Of a stretch of 26,477 bases of DNA, positions 25,531 to 26,477 are shown piece by piece. Numbering within the stretch: the first letter of the stretch is position 1; each line of letters opens with the position of its first letter. The position numbers and the translations under genes were made by a program. This DNA comes from an uncultured archaeon (GTDB taxonomy: Archaea; Asgardarchaeota; Thorarchaeia; Thorarchaeales; Thorarchaeaceae): contig CAYWJO010000002.1 of the NCBI GenBank assembly GCA_964458565.1, positions 190,335-216,811 on the forward strand, given 5' to 3'. The notes under the pieces were generated by a model that saw only the letters and a list, made by a program, of their open reading frames with translations, was not told the origin of the DNA and searched no databases.

Positions 25531-26477
25531 GTGACTGATATTCATAAATCAATTACAGATGATGTTGAAGAGATAACGAATCGCGAAAAGAAATTACCCA
25601 AGGTCCGAACGACCTTAGGTACAATGGAATCCTTCAGGGCTCAAAACATCATTGACAGTCTTATCATTGAAGCTGGACTCACTCGTGCAGATGCTCATCT
25701 TGTCGCAATTCGTGTGATGGACAGGATTGCGTCTTCAGGTATAAGGTTTCTTTCTGGTCCTCTTATCCGTGAGATGTGTAATAGCGTTCTAGCTGAATTC
25801 GGATTAGAGAAAGAGCGTATGATGTACACCAGAGTGGGTGTACCAATGTACGACCTCAACCTTCTCATTCATGCTCCTGCTGATCACACGTCCAATGCAA
25901 ATCTCATGAGGAATCCAGAAACCATCGCTAAGCTTGTTCATGACCAAGTGATGGAACAGCATACATACCTCACGATCCCTACACCTTTGGCAGATGCTCA
26001 CATGCGTGGTGACATTTACATTAAAGATCGTGAATATTTCTCCACTCGAGACTATTGTGCAACTTGGGATCTGAGACAGATTCTCCTTCTCGGTATCGCA
26101 CCAGATGGACTGGGTGGAATGCACTCGAGTGCTGCAGGTCCAGCTCAACATCTCCAAGTAGCAGTGAATCACTCAGCAATTTGGTTAGCTGCTGCTCAAA
26201 GTTCATTTGCTGGTGGTCAAGGTTATTTCTTCTACAATACATTTCTTGCTCCGTACCTGAGAGGATTGCCCTACAAAAAGATCAAGCAGGCTGCACAACA
26301 ACTCGTCTTTACACTCACACAACAATATGTTGCACGTGGCGGACAGGTCATCTTCTCAAGTGTTGATCTCACTCCCGGAATTCCCAATATCATGAAAGAT
26401 GTGCCTGCAGTTCTCCCAGGTGGGAAAGTAACTGAAATCACATATGGTGATTTTGAAGAAGAAGCACAACTATTTTT
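25531..26477 (+). CDS. nrdD: Anaerobic (class III) ribonucleoside-triphosphate reductase with N-terminal ATP cone, 3'-truncated; not in the ORF track
   Basis: Manual translation from GTG 25531 is open to the window end: …PKVRTT…FLSGPLIREMCN..LAE.GLE..R..YTRVGVP.YD…NAN…NPET…ADAHMRGDIYIKD.EYF..R.YC…GPAQHL…Q..FAGGQG…NTFLAPY…RGGQVIFSS. Confidence 0.92.
   Translation, partial: MTDIHKSITDDVEEITNREKKLPKVRTTLGTMESFRAQNIIDSLIIEAGLTRADAHLVAIRVMDRIASSGIRFLSGPLIREMCNSVLAEFGLEKERMMYTRVGVPMYDLNLLIHAPADHTSNANLMRNPETIAKLVHDQVMEQHTYLTIPTPLADAHMRGDIYIKDREYFSTRDYCATWDLRQILLLGIAPDGLGGMHSSAAGPAQHLQVAVNHSAIWLAAAQSSFAGGQGYFFYNTFLAPYLRGLPYKKIKQAAQQLVFTLTQQYVARGGQVIFSSVDLTPGIPNIMKDVPAVLPGGKVTEITYGDFEEEAQLF

Noticed and set aside
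25804-26366. Track ORFs 25804..26172, 26021..26242 and 26055..26366
   Set aside because: All are shadows of the nrdD frame, which runs off the window.
1-26477. tRNA, rRNA, CRISPR arrays, IS elements
   Set aside because: None seen by eye: intergenic gaps are short, and no regularly spaced repeats or transposase motifs were found.

Overview
Gene-dense chromosomal window from an anaerobic archaeon, most likely an Asgard lineage (Thorarchaeota-like). This is inferred from two Rab-like GTPases, a roadblock protein, a WD40 protein, a diphthamide-less EF-2 paralog and mtrA/mtrH without the membrane Mtr subunits. From left to right it holds: a soluble mtrH-mtrA-mtrH-'methanogenesis marker 14' operon; a membrane-anchored beta-helix surface protein; cofE and larC; a PolB2 module (small MGRT protein plus PolB2, probably with a CTG start); a eukaryote-signature cluster (Rab-like GTPase, 2-TM protein, HEAT plus beta-COP/adaptin-appendage-like protein, WD40 propeller, second Rab-like GTPase, roadblock); a thioredoxin-fold gene coupled to two single-domain KaiC-like ATPases and a large helical-repeat protein; an EF-2 paralog, a hexapeptide acetyltransferase, a Cys-tailed Lrp regulator and thyA; and, divergently, a redoxin gene plus the 5' part of class III RNR nrdD, which is missing from the ORF track. 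The best candidate new systems are a Rab-flanked proto-coat locus, a KaiB-like/split-KaiC redox-signalling module, and a soluble corrinoid methyltransferase operon whose marker-14 protein looks like a B12-reactivase-type ATPase. All family calls come from motif recognition by eye and from reference sequences recalled from memory; no searches were run.
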